From the NCBI GenBank assembly GCA_965243135.1, contig OZ251539.1, positions 2,592,001 to 2,656,000 of the forward strand: a DNA stretch of 64,000 nt. Reading direction: 5' to 3'. This DNA is from Alphaproteobacteria bacterium (GTDB taxonomy: Bacteria > Pseudomonadota > Alphaproteobacteria > MPNO01 > UBA830). The position numbers and the translations under genes are program-made. Within the stretch, counting starts at the first letter, position 1, and every line of letters begins with the position of its first letter. Below are positions 18,874 to 28,667 of the stretch, piece by piece. The notes under the pieces were generated by a model, which was not told the DNA's origin, ran no database searches, and saw only the letters and a program-made list of their open reading frames with translations.

Positions 18874-19704
18874 ATGGCGAGCAACCGGCAAAAAAAGCGA
18901 ATCTTCGAAGGCATCAGGATCCTTCTGATCGTCGTTACGGCGGCAGTGATGATGATTCCGATTCTGTGGATCGCCATGGCCGCTTTCAAGACCCACGTCG
19001 ACGTCTACCAGCTCAAGGTGTTCTTCACGCCCACCCTCGAGAATTTCCGCACCGTGTTCCAGTCGCCGTACAGCCTGCACGACAAGCTGCTCAACAGCAC
19101 GATCGTGGCGTTGGCCACCGTGCTCGTCGCCGTTCCCATGGCGACCATGGCAGCCTACAGTTTCTCCCGCTTCCGGCTGGTCGGCGAACGGATCATGTTC
19201 GTCATGATCCTCGCCACCCAGTTCGTGCCGGCCGTCGTGATCGTCCTGCCGTTCTTCGTGATGTTCCGCGACCTCGGGATCCTGGACACCCGGATCGGAC
19301 TCATCGTGGTCAACCTTTCGATAGTGATGCCCTTCGCAGTATGGATGATCAAGGGCTTTATCGACGGCATACCGATCGATACCGAAGAGTCGGCGCTGGT
19401 CGACGGATCGACGCGCGCGCAGGTGATCCGCAACATCGTGCTTCCGATGGCGGCGCCCGGAATCGTCACCGCCGGAATCTTCTGCTTCATCGTCGCCTGG
19501 AACGATTTCCTGTTCGCGCTGATCCTGACCACCAACGACGCGGTCACCCTCCCGGTCGGACTCGCGCTGTTCAAGGCCGAAGAAGGCGATCTCTGGAACC
19601 TCCTGGCGGCGGCGGGCATCATCATCATGGTGCCGATGTTCGTCCTCGCCCTGATCATTCAGAAGCATTTCGTGCAAGGCATGACCATGGGAGCGGTTCG
19701 CTGA
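18874..19704 (+). CDS. Carbohydrate ABC transporter permease
   Basis: EESALVDG, AWNDFLFA, QKHFVQGMTMGAV. Confidence 0.93.
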   Translation: MASNRQKKRIFEGIRILLIVVTAAVMMIPILWIAMAAFKTHVDVYQLKVFFTPTLENFRTVFQSPYSLHDKLLNSTIVALATVLVAVPMATMAAYSFSRFRLVGERIMFVMILATQFVPAVVIVLPFFVMFRDLGILDTRIGLIVVNLSIVMPFAVWMIKGFIDGIPIDTEESALVDGSTRAQVIRNIVLPMAAPGIVTAGIFCFIVAWNDFLFALILTTNDAVTLPVGLALFKAEEGDLWNLLAAAGIIIMVPMFVLALIIQKHFVQGMTMGAVR

Positions 19705-20768
19705 TGGCAGGCGTTACGCTGAAGAACGTCACCAAACGGTGGGGAGACGTGATCGGGGTGGACAACCAGTCGCTCGAAGTCCGCGACCGGGAGTTTCTCG
19801 TGCTGCTCGGCCCCTCGGGCTGCGGCAAGACGACGACGATGCGCATGGTGGCCGGGCTCGAGGAACCGACCGCCGGGGAAATCTGGATAGGGGACAGGCT
19901 GGTCAACGACGACCTGCCCAAGGATCGGGACGTGGCGATGGTGTTCCAGAACTACGGCCTTTATCCTCACATGACGGTGCGCGAAAACATCGCCTACCCG
20001 CTGAAGGTGCGGAAAGTCCCGAGAGACGAGTGGCGAACGCTGATCGGCCTCGCCGCCTCGCGGGTGGCGCTCGGCGACCTGCTCGATCGAAAGCCGCGCC
20101 AGCTCTCGGGCGGCCAGCGCCAGCGCGTGGCCCTGGCCCGCGCGATCGTGCGCCAGCCCAACGTCTTTCTGATGGACGAACCCCTGTCGAATCTCGACGC
20201 CAAGCTGCGGGTATCGACGCGCGCCGAATTGAAGCACCTTCAGCACGAACTCGCGACGACCACCATTTACGTCACGCACGACCAGATCGAGGCGATGACC
20301 CTGGCCGACCGCGTCGCCGTGATGAACCACGGGGTGATCCAGCAACTCGCGACTCCGGCGGAAATCTACGACAACCCCGAGAATCTCTTCGTGGCCGGCT
20401 TCATCGGTTCGCCCGCGATGAATCTCCTGAACGGCGAAACGAACGACGGAAACTTCGTCGCGGAGGGCGTCTCGATCGGCGGAATCGGCGGCCGGACGCG
20501 CTCCGGGATCGTGCTCGGCGTGCGCCCGGAGGACCTCGCCGTCGTTTCGCCGGACGAAGGGAATTTCAACGCGCCGGTCTACGCCATCGAACTCACGGGG
20601 GAATCCGTCCTCGTCACGGTGACGGCCGGCGGCCAGCACGTCTGCGCCCGCGGCCCGCGGCATATGAGCCGGGAAATCGGGGAAACCGTCGGTATCCGGG
20701 TCGACCTCACGCATGCCCATCTGTTCGACGCGGCGACCGGGCAGCGCATCGCCCGGGAGGCCGGATGA
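19704..20768 (+). CDS. ABC transporter ATP-binding protein (MalK/UgpC-like)
   Basis: GPSGCGKT, LSGGQRQR, DEPLSNLDAKLR, C-terminal TOBE; TGATG translational coupling. Confidence 0.95.
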   Translation: MAGVTLKNVTKRWGDVIGVDNQSLEVRDREFLVLLGPSGCGKTTTMRMVAGLEEPTAGEIWIGDRLVNDDLPKDRDVAMVFQNYGLYPHMTVRENIAYPLKVRKVPRDEWRTLIGLAASRVALGDLLDRKPRQLSGGQRQRVALARAIVRQPNVFLMDEPLSNLDAKLRVSTRAELKHLQHELATTTIYVTHDQIEAMTLADRVAVMNHGVIQQLATPAEIYDNPENLFVAGFIGSPAMNLLNGETNDGNFVAEGVSIGGIGGRTRSGIVLGVRPEDLAVVSPDEGNFNAPVYAIELTGESVLVTVTAGGQHVCARGPRHMSREIGETVGIRVDLTHAHLFDAATGQRIAREAG

Positions 20769-21454
20769 CCGAAGATTGGCTCGCGGCCCTGCGCGCCGTC
20801 GACACGCCGACGATCTGCAACGCCATCGAGGCCGTCGAGGGCGCCCGCCGCGGAACGGGTTTCACGCGCCATCCGGTCGTCGCGGCGGATCCGGCGCTGC
20901 CGCCGATGGTCGGATACGCCCGCACCGCCCGCATTCGCGCGGCCGAACCGCCGGATCTGACGCCCGATCGCGTGCGCGCGATGCGTCTCGAATACTACGA
21001 ATACGTCGCAGGCGGCGGCCCGACCGTCGTCGCGATCGAGGACGCCGATTGGCCGCGACCGGTCGGAGCGTTCTGGGGCGAGGTCAACGTGGCGATCCAC
21101 AAGGGTTTCGGCGTCGCCGGCGCGATCACGAACGGCCTCGTGCGCGATCTCGGCATGCTGGACCCCGGGTTCCAGGTACTGGCTTCCGCCGTCGGGCCGA
21201 GCCATGCGTTCGTTCATTTGATCGAATTCGATTGCCCGGTGAACGTGTTCGGCCTCGACGTTCGCCCGGGAGACCTCGTTCACGCGGACCGCCACGGCGC
21301 CGTCGTCGTCGATCCCGCAACGGCGCCGCGCCTTCCGGAGGGCATCGATCTGGTGTTGCGCAAGGAAAAGCCGGTCCTCGACGCCGCGCGCGGGCCGGAC
21401 TTCTCCGTCGAAAAGCTGAGACAGGCCTGGGGCGCCGCCGAGGATGTTCACTGA
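20765..21454 (+). CDS. RraA/HMG-aldolase family protein
   Basis: DTPTICNA, VGYARTA, FWGEV, GLVRD, PGDLVHADRHG. Confidence 0.88.
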   Translation: MTEDWLAALRAVDTPTICNAIEAVEGARRGTGFTRHPVVAADPALPPMVGYARTARIRAAEPPDLTPDRVRAMRLEYYEYVAGGGPTVVAIEDADWPRPVGAFWGEVNVAIHKGFGVAGAITNGLVRDLGMLDPGFQVLASAVGPSHAFVHLIEFDCPVNVFGLDVRPGDLVHADRHGAVVVDPATAPRLPEGIDLVLRKEKPVLDAARGPDFSVEKLRQAWGAAEDVH

Positions 21455-21526
21455 AGCGGCCGGGCCGGTTGTCCGGCGAACGAAATCCGGTATACCCTCC
21501 GGGCGTTGCGGATCGCGAGGCGGGAA

Positions 21527-22558
21527 ATGACGGAATGGACGCCGGAAGCCATGCGCCGACGAGTCGCGCGGTACGGCGACCTCGCGCCCTGCCGCAACGC
21601 TTTCGTCGACGCGCGCACCCCCGGCTCCGCCGAAAAGGAGAACTTCGCGATCATCGGTCCCGGCGTCTCGGAAAACCCGAACCAGCGCGTCCACATCCGC
21701 GAGCCGCACGGCTTCAACGTGGGCGGCGCGCGCCAGCCGGCCGGCTGCCTCAATTCCCAGCATAGCCACCGAACGGCCGAAGTCTTCGTGGTGCATTCGG
21801 GGCGCTGGCGCTTTCTCCTCGGCGTCGACGCCGACGACGCCCGGTTCGATCTCGGACCGGGCGACGTCGTCTCGATGCCGGTATCCATGTTCCGGGGCTT
21901 CGAAAAGCTCGACGACGGCCGCGGATTCCTGTGGGCGGTGCTCGGCGGCGACGACCCGGGTCGCGTGACGTGGGCGCCGCGCGTATTCGAACTGGCGGCG
22001 AGGCACGGCCTCGTGCTTCTCAAGGGAGGTCGCCTGATCGATACCGCGGCCGGCGAGACGGTGCCGCCCGGCGCCGAAATCGAGACGCCGCCGACCGCCG
22101 AACAGATGGCGGCCTACGGAACGCCGCCGATGGAAAAACTCGCCGCGTGCATCGCCGGGTTCGCGGACCTCGCCGGCAACCCCGCCTCGCCGCTCGCGGC
22201 CGACGGCGTCGAGGAATGCCCGGTGATCACCCCGCAGGCGACGGGAGACGGTTTCGCGCCGGGACCGATCGAAGGATGGTGGCCGCACGGCTTCAACCTG
22301 CGCTGCCTCAAGATGCGGGCGAACGCCGCGACGCCGTTCCACGCGCGCGGCGAGCCGGAGGTGCTGTTCGCGCACCGCGGCGCTGTCGAGGTCGCGTGGG
22401 CCGGCGGTTCGCTGACGCTCCGGCCCGGCGACACCATGACCGTGCCGGTGGGGCTCCCGCGAGCGTTTCGGGCCGCCGCGGCCGGCGCCGTCGCCTACGT
22501 CGTTCGCGGCGGCGACGCGCCGGCCGCTCCGGCGTTCGCGGACCGGGAGGCGGCCTGA
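21527..22558 (+). CDS. Bicupin-domain protein
   Basis: HSHRTAEVFVVHSGRW...LGPGD and a second, degenerate cupin (HARGEPEVLF...LRPGDT). Confidence 0.8.
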   Translation: MTEWTPEAMRRRVARYGDLAPCRNAFVDARTPGSAEKENFAIIGPGVSENPNQRVHIREPHGFNVGGARQPAGCLNSQHSHRTAEVFVVHSGRWRFLLGVDADDARFDLGPGDVVSMPVSMFRGFEKLDDGRGFLWAVLGGDDPGRVTWAPRVFELAARHGLVLLKGGRLIDTAAGETVPPGAEIETPPTAEQMAAYGTPPMEKLAACIAGFADLAGNPASPLAADGVEECPVITPQATGDGFAPGPIEGWWPHGFNLRCLKMRANAATPFHARGEPEVLFAHRGAVEVAWAGGSLTLRPGDTMTVPVGLPRAFRAAAAGAVAYVVRGGDAPAAPAFADREAA

Positions 22559-22560
22559 CG

Positions 22561-23685
22561 ATGCCCCGCATCCCGACGACCCACGTCGGCTCGCTTCCGC
22601 GAACCCGGGCGGTGACCGACGTCGTCTTCGCCCGCGAGCGCGGAGAGCCGGTGGAGAAGGCCGAATTCGACCGGGCGGTCGGCGAAGCCGTCGGCGCGGT
22701 CGTCGCGCGCCAGCGCGACATCGGCATCGACCTGCCGTCCGACGGCGAGATGTCGAAGATCTCCTACGCCACCTACGTCAAGGACCGCCTCTCCGGTTTC
22801 GACGGCGACAGTCCGCGCCGCGCGCCGGCGGACCTCGAGGAATATCCGGACTTTCTCGAAAAACTGGCGAAGAGCGGCGGAACGCCGACCTACCGGCGGC
22901 CGAAATGCGTGGGTCCGATCGCGGTCAAGGATCTCTCGCCGCTCCGCGACGACATCGCCAACATGAAGTCCGCGATGGCGGCGGCGGATTACGCCGAAGG
23001 ATTCATGAACGCCGCCGCCCCGGGCGTGATCACGTTGTTCCAGCCGAGCGACTATCATGCGACCCACGAGGCCTATCTCGAAGACGTCGCCGAGGCGATG
23101 CGCCGGGAATACGAGGAGATCGCGTCGGCCGGGCTGATCCTGCAGCTCGATTCGCCCGACATCGGCCTCGGGCGCCACACCATGTTCAAGGAGCTTTCCG
23201 ACGACGACTACCTGGCCCGGGCCGAGTTGCACGTCGACGTGCTGAACCATGCGCTGAGGAACGTGCAGGCCGACCGGATGCGCATTCACGCGTGCTGGGG
23301 AAACTACGAGGGCCCGCACACCCACGACATCCCCTTGCCGAAGCTCCTGCCGATCCTCCTCAAGGCGAAACCGAAGGCGCTGCTGGTGGAAGCCGCCAAT
23401 CCGCGCCACGCCCACGAATGGCGGGTCTGGCGGGATCTGCCCGACGATCGCGTGCTGATTCCGGGCGTGATCGACACCACGACGAATTTCGTCGAGCACC
23501 CGGAACTGGTCGCGGAACGCATCGAGCGGTTCGCCGGAATCGTCGGCCGCGAGCGCGTCGTCGCGGGCACGGATTGCGGCTTCGCCACCTTCGCGGGCTT
23601 CGGCGCCGTCGACGGCGAAATCGCTTTCGCCAAGCTGGGCAGCCTCGTGGAGGGCGCGGAGATCGCCGGCCGCCGGCTGCGCTGA
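22561..23685 (+). CDS. Cobalamin-independent methionine synthase II / epoxyalkane:CoM transferase-like Zn enzyme
   Basis: TTHVGSLPR, SDGE, HACWGNYEGPH, GTDCGF (H-x-C...C zinc ligands); single barrel. Confidence 0.88.
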   Translation: MPRIPTTHVGSLPRTRAVTDVVFARERGEPVEKAEFDRAVGEAVGAVVARQRDIGIDLPSDGEMSKISYATYVKDRLSGFDGDSPRRAPADLEEYPDFLEKLAKSGGTPTYRRPKCVGPIAVKDLSPLRDDIANMKSAMAAADYAEGFMNAAAPGVITLFQPSDYHATHEAYLEDVAEAMRREYEEIASAGLILQLDSPDIGLGRHTMFKELSDDDYLARAELHVDVLNHALRNVQADRMRIHACWGNYEGPHTHDIPLPKLLPILLKAKPKALLVEAANPRHAHEWRVWRDLPDDRVLIPGVIDTTTNFVEHPELVAERIERFAGIVGRERVVAGTDCGFATFAGFGAVDGEIAFAKLGSLVEGAEIAGRRLR

Positions 23686-23698
23686 CGGCGGCGGCCTT

Positions 23699-24694
23699 TC
23701 AGTCGAAGGACCGGTTCATCAGCCGTTCGGCGTTCTTCCGGTAGATCTTCTCTTTCACGTCGTCCTCGAACTCCATGATCTCCAGCGATTCGAAGGTTTC
23801 CTTCACCGGCGCGAAAGGCGCGTCGGTCGAAAAGACGACGCGATCGGGTCCGAAGAACTGCAACCCGGCACCGAAAGCGAGGGACGACCCGAACATCGCG
23901 GTGTCGCCGTAGAACATCCTGAAATACTCGGCGTGCGGCCTTTCGAGGGACGGCAGCACCGCCGAATAGTCCTCGTCCGACGTGCGCGCGCCGAGAACGG
24001 CGAGTCCCGGCCCGACCCGCCCCTCGAAATAGGGAATCATTCCGCCCAGATGATGCGTGAGTATCTTGATCCCGGGGTAACGGTCGAACAATCCCCACAG
24101 GACCAGCCGGATCATGGCGGCGGACGTCTCGTAGGGCCAGCCCAGCGCCCACCAGATCTCGTAGCGGGATCTCTCCTCCGCCGCGTAGTCGGCCATCGAA
24201 GCCGAGCGGGCGGGATGCATCCAGATCGGCAGGTCGTATTCCGCCATGGCCGCGAAAACCGGCTCGAAATCTTCCGAGTCGAGCGGCCGGCCGCCGACGT
24301 TCGTGAATATCTGCGCGCCGACGGCCCCCAGATCGCCCACCGCCCGGTGCAGTTCGTCCATGGTCTCGTCCATGGCGTGCATCGCGAGCGCGGCGACGAA
24401 ACCGGGAAACCGGTCGTTGTGTTTCTCGACCAGGTCCGCCATCGCGTCGTTGCCGACGCGCGCGAGTTCGATGCCCTGCGCGGGCGTCGCGATATCCTCG
24501 ATCGGCGGATTCGGAAGCGAAACGATCTGGCGGTAGTCGCCGAACGGATCCATCGCCCGGAACCGCGCGTCGAGATCGTGAAGCGGCTTCACGGCCTGCA
24601 TGCGCTTGCCGATGTTGTCCAGCCTCGGAGCGATCCGGCTCATTCTTTCGTAGAAGGAGCCGGGGAATATGTGCGTATAGCTGTCCAGGCGCAC
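23699..24694 (-). CDS. Amidohydrolase_2 family protein (ACMSD/decarboxylase-like)
   Basis: DSYTHIFP, PIWMHP, THHLGG, FSTDAPF; GTG start with AGGAG RBS. Confidence 0.88.
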   Translation of the reverse strand: MRLDSYTHIFPGSFYERMSRIAPRLDNIGKRMQAVKPLHDLDARFRAMDPFGDYRQIVSLPNPPIEDIATPAQGIELARVGNDAMADLVEKHNDRFPGFVAALAMHAMDETMDELHRAVGDLGAVGAQIFTNVGGRPLDSEDFEPVFAAMAEYDLPIWMHPARSASMADYAAEERSRYEIWWALGWPYETSAAMIRLVLWGLFDRYPGIKILTHHLGGMIPYFEGRVGPGLAVLGARTSDEDYSAVLPSLERPHAEYFRMFYGDTAMFGSSLAFGAGLQFFGPDRVVFSTDAPFAPVKETFESLEIMEFEDDVKEKIYRKNAERLMNRSFD

Positions 24695-24715
24695 GGACTC
24701 TCTCCTGAGCGCGGG

Positions 24716-24750
24716 AAAAGGCCGTCCCGGCCCTGCGGACGGGACGGCCG
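24716..24750 (-). terminator. Putative intrinsic terminator after the peroxiredoxin gene
   Basis: GGCCGTCCC/GGGACGGCC hairpin followed by TTTT on the minus strand. Confidence 0.45.
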
Positions 24751-24753
24751 CCT

Positions 24754-25413
24754 TCAGTCGGGATCCGGCGTCAGCCGCAGATACGGCTTCAGCTCCTTGA
24801 ATCCCCTCGGGAACTTCTCCCTGGCCTCGTCGTTGGACACCGAAGTGACGATGATCACGTCCTCTCCGGGCTTCCAGTTCACCGGCGTCGCCACCGGCCG
24901 GCGATCGGTGAGTTGCATCGAATCGACGACGCGCAGGATCTCGTCGAAGTTTCGCCCGGTCGTCATAGGATAGGTGAGCTGAAGGCGGATCTTCTTTTCC
25001 GGCCCGATGACGAAAACCGTGCGAACCGTCTGGTTGTCGGCCGGCGTCCGCTCCGAAGGATCGCCGCTCGCGCTGGCCGGCAGCATGTCGTAGAGCTTCG
25101 CCACCTTGAGTTCCGGATCGCCGATGATCGGATACTCGGGCGCCGCGCCCTGCGTTTCCTCGATGTCCTTCGACCATGCGTCGTGGTCGCCGACCGCGTC
25201 CGCCGAAAGTCCGATCACCTTGACGCCGCGCTTGTCGAACTCCGGCTTGAGCTTCGCCATGTAACCGAGTTCGGTGGTGCAGACGGGCGTGAAGTCCTTC
25301 GGATGAGAAAAGAGTATCGCCCAGCTGTCGCCGATCCACTCGTGGAAGCCGATTCGTCCGCCGGTCGTCTCGGCTTCGAAATCCGGCGCGATGTCGCCGA
25401 TGCGCAGTCCCAT
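24754..25413 (-). CDS. 1-Cys peroxiredoxin (Prx6 family)
   Basis: FSHPKDFTPVCTTE, YPMTTGRNFDEILR, ATPVNW. Confidence 0.95.
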   Translation of the reverse strand: MGLRIGDIAPDFEAETTGGRIGFHEWIGDSWAILFSHPKDFTPVCTTELGYMAKLKPEFDKRGVKVIGLSADAVGDHDAWSKDIEETQGAAPEYPIIGDPELKVAKLYDMLPASASGDPSERTPADNQTVRTVFVIGPEKKIRLQLTYPMTTGRNFDEILRVVDSMQLTDRRPVATPVNWKPGEDVIIVTSVSNDEAREKFPRGFKELKPYLRLTPDPD

Positions 25414-25593
25414 GTCGGTTCTCCTTCCGCCGTGTCCGATCTGAGGTATGAACTGCCCGCGGCCAAGTCAAGCGCACGGCCGCGAAGAAAAATTCCGGTC
25501 GCGGGAAAATGAATTCCGAAAGACGTTCGGGAGTCGCTCCCATCTGCTATATTCGGCGCGCGCGCTGTCGCGAAATTGCCGAAGGAATTTTCG

Positions 25594-26553
25594 ATGGATG
25601 CCGCCGTACCGGCAACCGCCGCGTCGCTCGACCCGGCCAAGTTTCAGAATCCCCGCACGACGGCGGCAGGAGAGGCGCGCGCGGTCGTATCCCTGAACCG
25701 CCTGCGCACCCTCTGGTTCAACACCGGCACGCGCTGCAACCTCACCTGCATCAACTGCTACATCGAATCGAGCCCGGTCAACGACCGGCTGGCGTACATC
25801 GCGACCGAAGAGGTCCGCGCCTATCTCGACGAGATCGCTGTCCAGGAACTGGACACCGAGGAGATCGGCTTCACGGGCGGCGAACCGTTCATCAATCCCG
25901 ACATGGCCGGAATACTCGGCCTGACGCTTTCGCGCGGCTTCCGCGCGCTGGTGCTGACCAACGCCATGAAGCCGATGTGGAAGATGCGCGAGAGCCTGCT
26001 CCGCCTTCGCGAAACGCATGGCGACCGGCTGGCGATGCGCGTTTCGATCGATCACTACGACCGTGCGCTCCACGAGGAGGAACGCGGGCCCAACGCCTGG
26101 GAGCCGACGATCCGGGGACTGCGGTGGCTGGCCGGCAACGGTTTCAATCTTACCGTCGCCGGACGGACCATGTGGAACGAGGACGAGAACGCGCTGCGCG
26201 CCGGCTACGCCGCGCTCTTCTCGGAGCTCGGCGTCGGGGTGGACGCCTACGATCCGGTCGCGCTGGTGCTGTTCCCGGAAATGGACCAGACCAGCGACGT
26301 GCCGGAAATCACCGTGCGCTGCTGGAGCCTCCTGGGCGTGTCGCCCGACGCGATGATGTGCGCCGATTCGCGGATGGTGATCAAGCGCAAGGGAGCCGAC
26401 CGGCCCGTCGTCGTTCCGTGCACGCTGCTGCCTTACGACGGCCGCTTCGAATTGGGCGAGACCCTTGCGGAGGCGGACGCGGAAGTGCCCCTCAACCATC
26501 CCCACTGCGCCAGGTTCTGCGTCCTCGGCGGCGGAAGCTGCAGCAAGGGCTGA
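25594..26553 (+). CDS. Radical SAM protein
   Basis: CNLTCINC (CX3CX2C), FTGGEPF, Cys-rich C-terminus HPHCARFC. Confidence 0.9.
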   Translation: MDAAVPATAASLDPAKFQNPRTTAAGEARAVVSLNRLRTLWFNTGTRCNLTCINCYIESSPVNDRLAYIATEEVRAYLDEIAVQELDTEEIGFTGGEPFINPDMAGILGLTLSRGFRALVLTNAMKPMWKMRESLLRLRETHGDRLAMRVSIDHYDRALHEEERGPNAWEPTIRGLRWLAGNGFNLTVAGRTMWNEDENALRAGYAALFSELGVGVDAYDPVALVLFPEMDQTSDVPEITVRCWSLLGVSPDAMMCADSRMVIKRKGADRPVVVPCTLLPYDGRFELGETLAEADAEVPLNHPHCARFCVLGGGSCSKG

Positions 26554-26582
26554 AGCGCGCCGCGCCGCCGGCGCCGTTCCTC

Positions 26583-27284
26583 CTACAACTTCTCCGAGAG
26601 CCACGCCGCCATCCTGGCGAAGGACTCGGCCGTCGCCCGGGCGCGGTAACCCTCCGGGTTGGTGAAGTTCTGGAAGGCGTGCCCGCAGCCGTCGAAAACG
26701 TGGAACTCGCGCTCGACGCCCAGCGCGGCCAGCCGCGAATCGATCCGCTCGACGTCCGCCGGCGAGGGATTCTCGTCGTCCGCGCCGAAAAACCCGAGAA
26801 CCGGACAGCGCAGCCCGTCCAGCCTGTCGAACGGCGGCGCTTCTCCTTTTCCCCAGGTCCGGAACATGTTGCCGCCGTAATGCACGACGCAGGCCTTGAA
26901 CGCCGGGAGGCTGGCGGCCCCGAGAAAGGACACCCGCCCTCCCATGCAGTGACCCGCGATCGCGATGCGGTCCATGTCGACGTTTCCGAGTTCCAGGAAG
27001 CGGGCGACCGCGGCTTCCAGATCGGCGAGGATCTGGAGATCGTCGAGGTTTCGGAGCGACTCGCGGGTGTCCTCGCCGTCCGGACGGCGGTGATGCAGGT
27101 CGGGGGCGGCGGCGGCGTAGCCCAGGCCGGCGAGATCCTGAACGAACTTCGTGGTCGCCACGTCGAGGCCGGCCCGGTGATGGGCGACGACGACCGCGGG
27201 AAACGGGCCGTCGCCGGCCGGCGCGTCCGCGAAGACGGCCATCCGGCCGCCGTCCGCCTCGAGAGTCTCGCGTCTTGCAACCAT
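26583..27284 (-). CDS. Dienelactone hydrolase family protein
   Basis: GHCMGG nucleophile elbow, GADD, GHAF; GGAGG RBS. Confidence 0.9.
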   Translation of the reverse strand: MVARRETLEADGGRMAVFADAPAGDGPFPAVVVAHHRAGLDVATTKFVQDLAGLGYAAAAPDLHHRRPDGEDTRESLRNLDDLQILADLEAAVARFLELGNVDMDRIAIAGHCMGGRVSFLGAASLPAFKACVVHYGGNMFRTWGKGEAPPFDRLDGLRCPVLGFFGADDENPSPADVERIDSRLAALGVEREFHVFDGCGHAFQNFTNPEGYRARATAESFARMAAWLSEKL

Positions 27285-27748
27285 GTCTCCGGTTCCTCCT
27301 TCAAATCGCGCCGACGCGAACGCGCGGTTTCCGACGGGCTTCTCCCCCGTCGGCGGCAACTCCCCGCGGCGCTCGGAACCGTCCTTCGCTCCGAAATCCG
27401 TCCGGTCCCCGCCCGAGGCTTCTCTCTTCAAGCCCCGGCCGCCGAAATGCCGCCGGCATTCCTCCGGGGACGCCGCGGACGGCGGCCCCCGCCTCGCGCC
27501 GGGCGTAACAGCCTGCCACCGACCTCCCGGTCCTGCACCGCATTTCGCTTCGTCCCGCCTTCCGAGGTCGTCCCTTGGCGCACGGCAGCGTTCGTTCGCC
27601 CCTCTCTCCGCCGAATCCAAGCCGCTTCCCGATCCTGGCGTTCGCCTCGCCGCGTATAGCCCCGCCTTCGCGCCGCGACGCCCGAACGCGGAACGGTTGT
27701 GTCGGCGCAGGATAGCGGCGCGAGGCCGGGAGAACCACCCCCAAAGTT

Positions 27749-27984
27749 CAGACCTCCTGACATGGTATGCGTAACTGAAAGATTTTGCTTGATTTTTCCT
27801 CAGTTCGTCGTAAATTAGAATGTACCAATTTCTGGAGAGCGCCATGTTTCAGTCCCGCTTCAACACGGCGCTTCGGGAACTTCGTGCCACTCGCGAAGGC
27901 CATGCCTACCCCGGCACCGGGCTGAAACTGGCGTTCGAGGGACCCCTGCTGGCAAATTGAATTTACGCGATGTCAGGAGGTCTG
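27749..27984. mobile_element. 236-bp MITE / internally deleted IS
   Basis: Perfect 15-bp TIRs CAGACCTCCTGACAT and ATGTCAGGAGGTCTG; 5-bp target duplication AAGTT at 27744-27748 and 27985-27989; internal 38-codon ORF 27844-27960. Confidence 0.85.
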
Positions 27985-28299
27985 AAGTTACATGCTACGG
28001 GGTGAGCAGGCCCCGATCATGAGCGTTTCCGCGCCGCCTGACCGCTTATCGACGTTTCGTCGCGACTGGACGCCCGCCTGCAGAAGCCGCCGCGTCGCGC
28101 TGCAAAGTTCGATGGAGCCGTCAGGGCTTCAGCTTCGAGTCCCCGCCCGACCGTTTCGCATGGAACGACGCGGGGCTCCTTTTGCGTCGAACGCCCGCGC
28201 GGGCGGGCTTCGGCCTCGTCACGCCCGCCATGGCATCGCCTCCGTCGGCCCGTTTGTCCGGCGACCGCGGCGCGATTCCGAGAACAGTTCGAGCGGCGG

Positions 28300-28600
28300 T
28301 TATTGTCGAGATCCGGAAGATGTCCGCCGAATCCCGGCGATCCGCCGACTGCCGGACAACGGCAAATGGAGAATGGCGGCCGCGACAAGGGCCGCGGCGG
28401 CGACCAGCGACGGCGGCGCATAGCTGCCCGGCAGGTCGTAAGCCACCCCTCCGAAAAGCGGACCGACCATCTGGCCAATCCCGAACGAAGCGGTCATCAA
28501 GGCGAGAACCCGGCGCGAATCGCCCACGGACAACAGGCGCACATGGACGAGGCCAAGCGCGGCAATCCCCATGAAGGCGCCGCCAAGAGAAGCCAGAGGT
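28300..28600 (-). pseudogene. YbfB/YjiJ-like MFS transporter, C-terminal fragment
   Basis: GGAFMGIAALG...LMTASFGIGQMVGPLFGG...GSY; only the last TM helices remain. Confidence 0.65.
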
Positions 28601-28667
28601 CGTCGCCGAATGCGCTGAGGGCGCCGCCTGCCGAAATGTCCGAACGGGTCGTCGACTGCTCCCGGCT

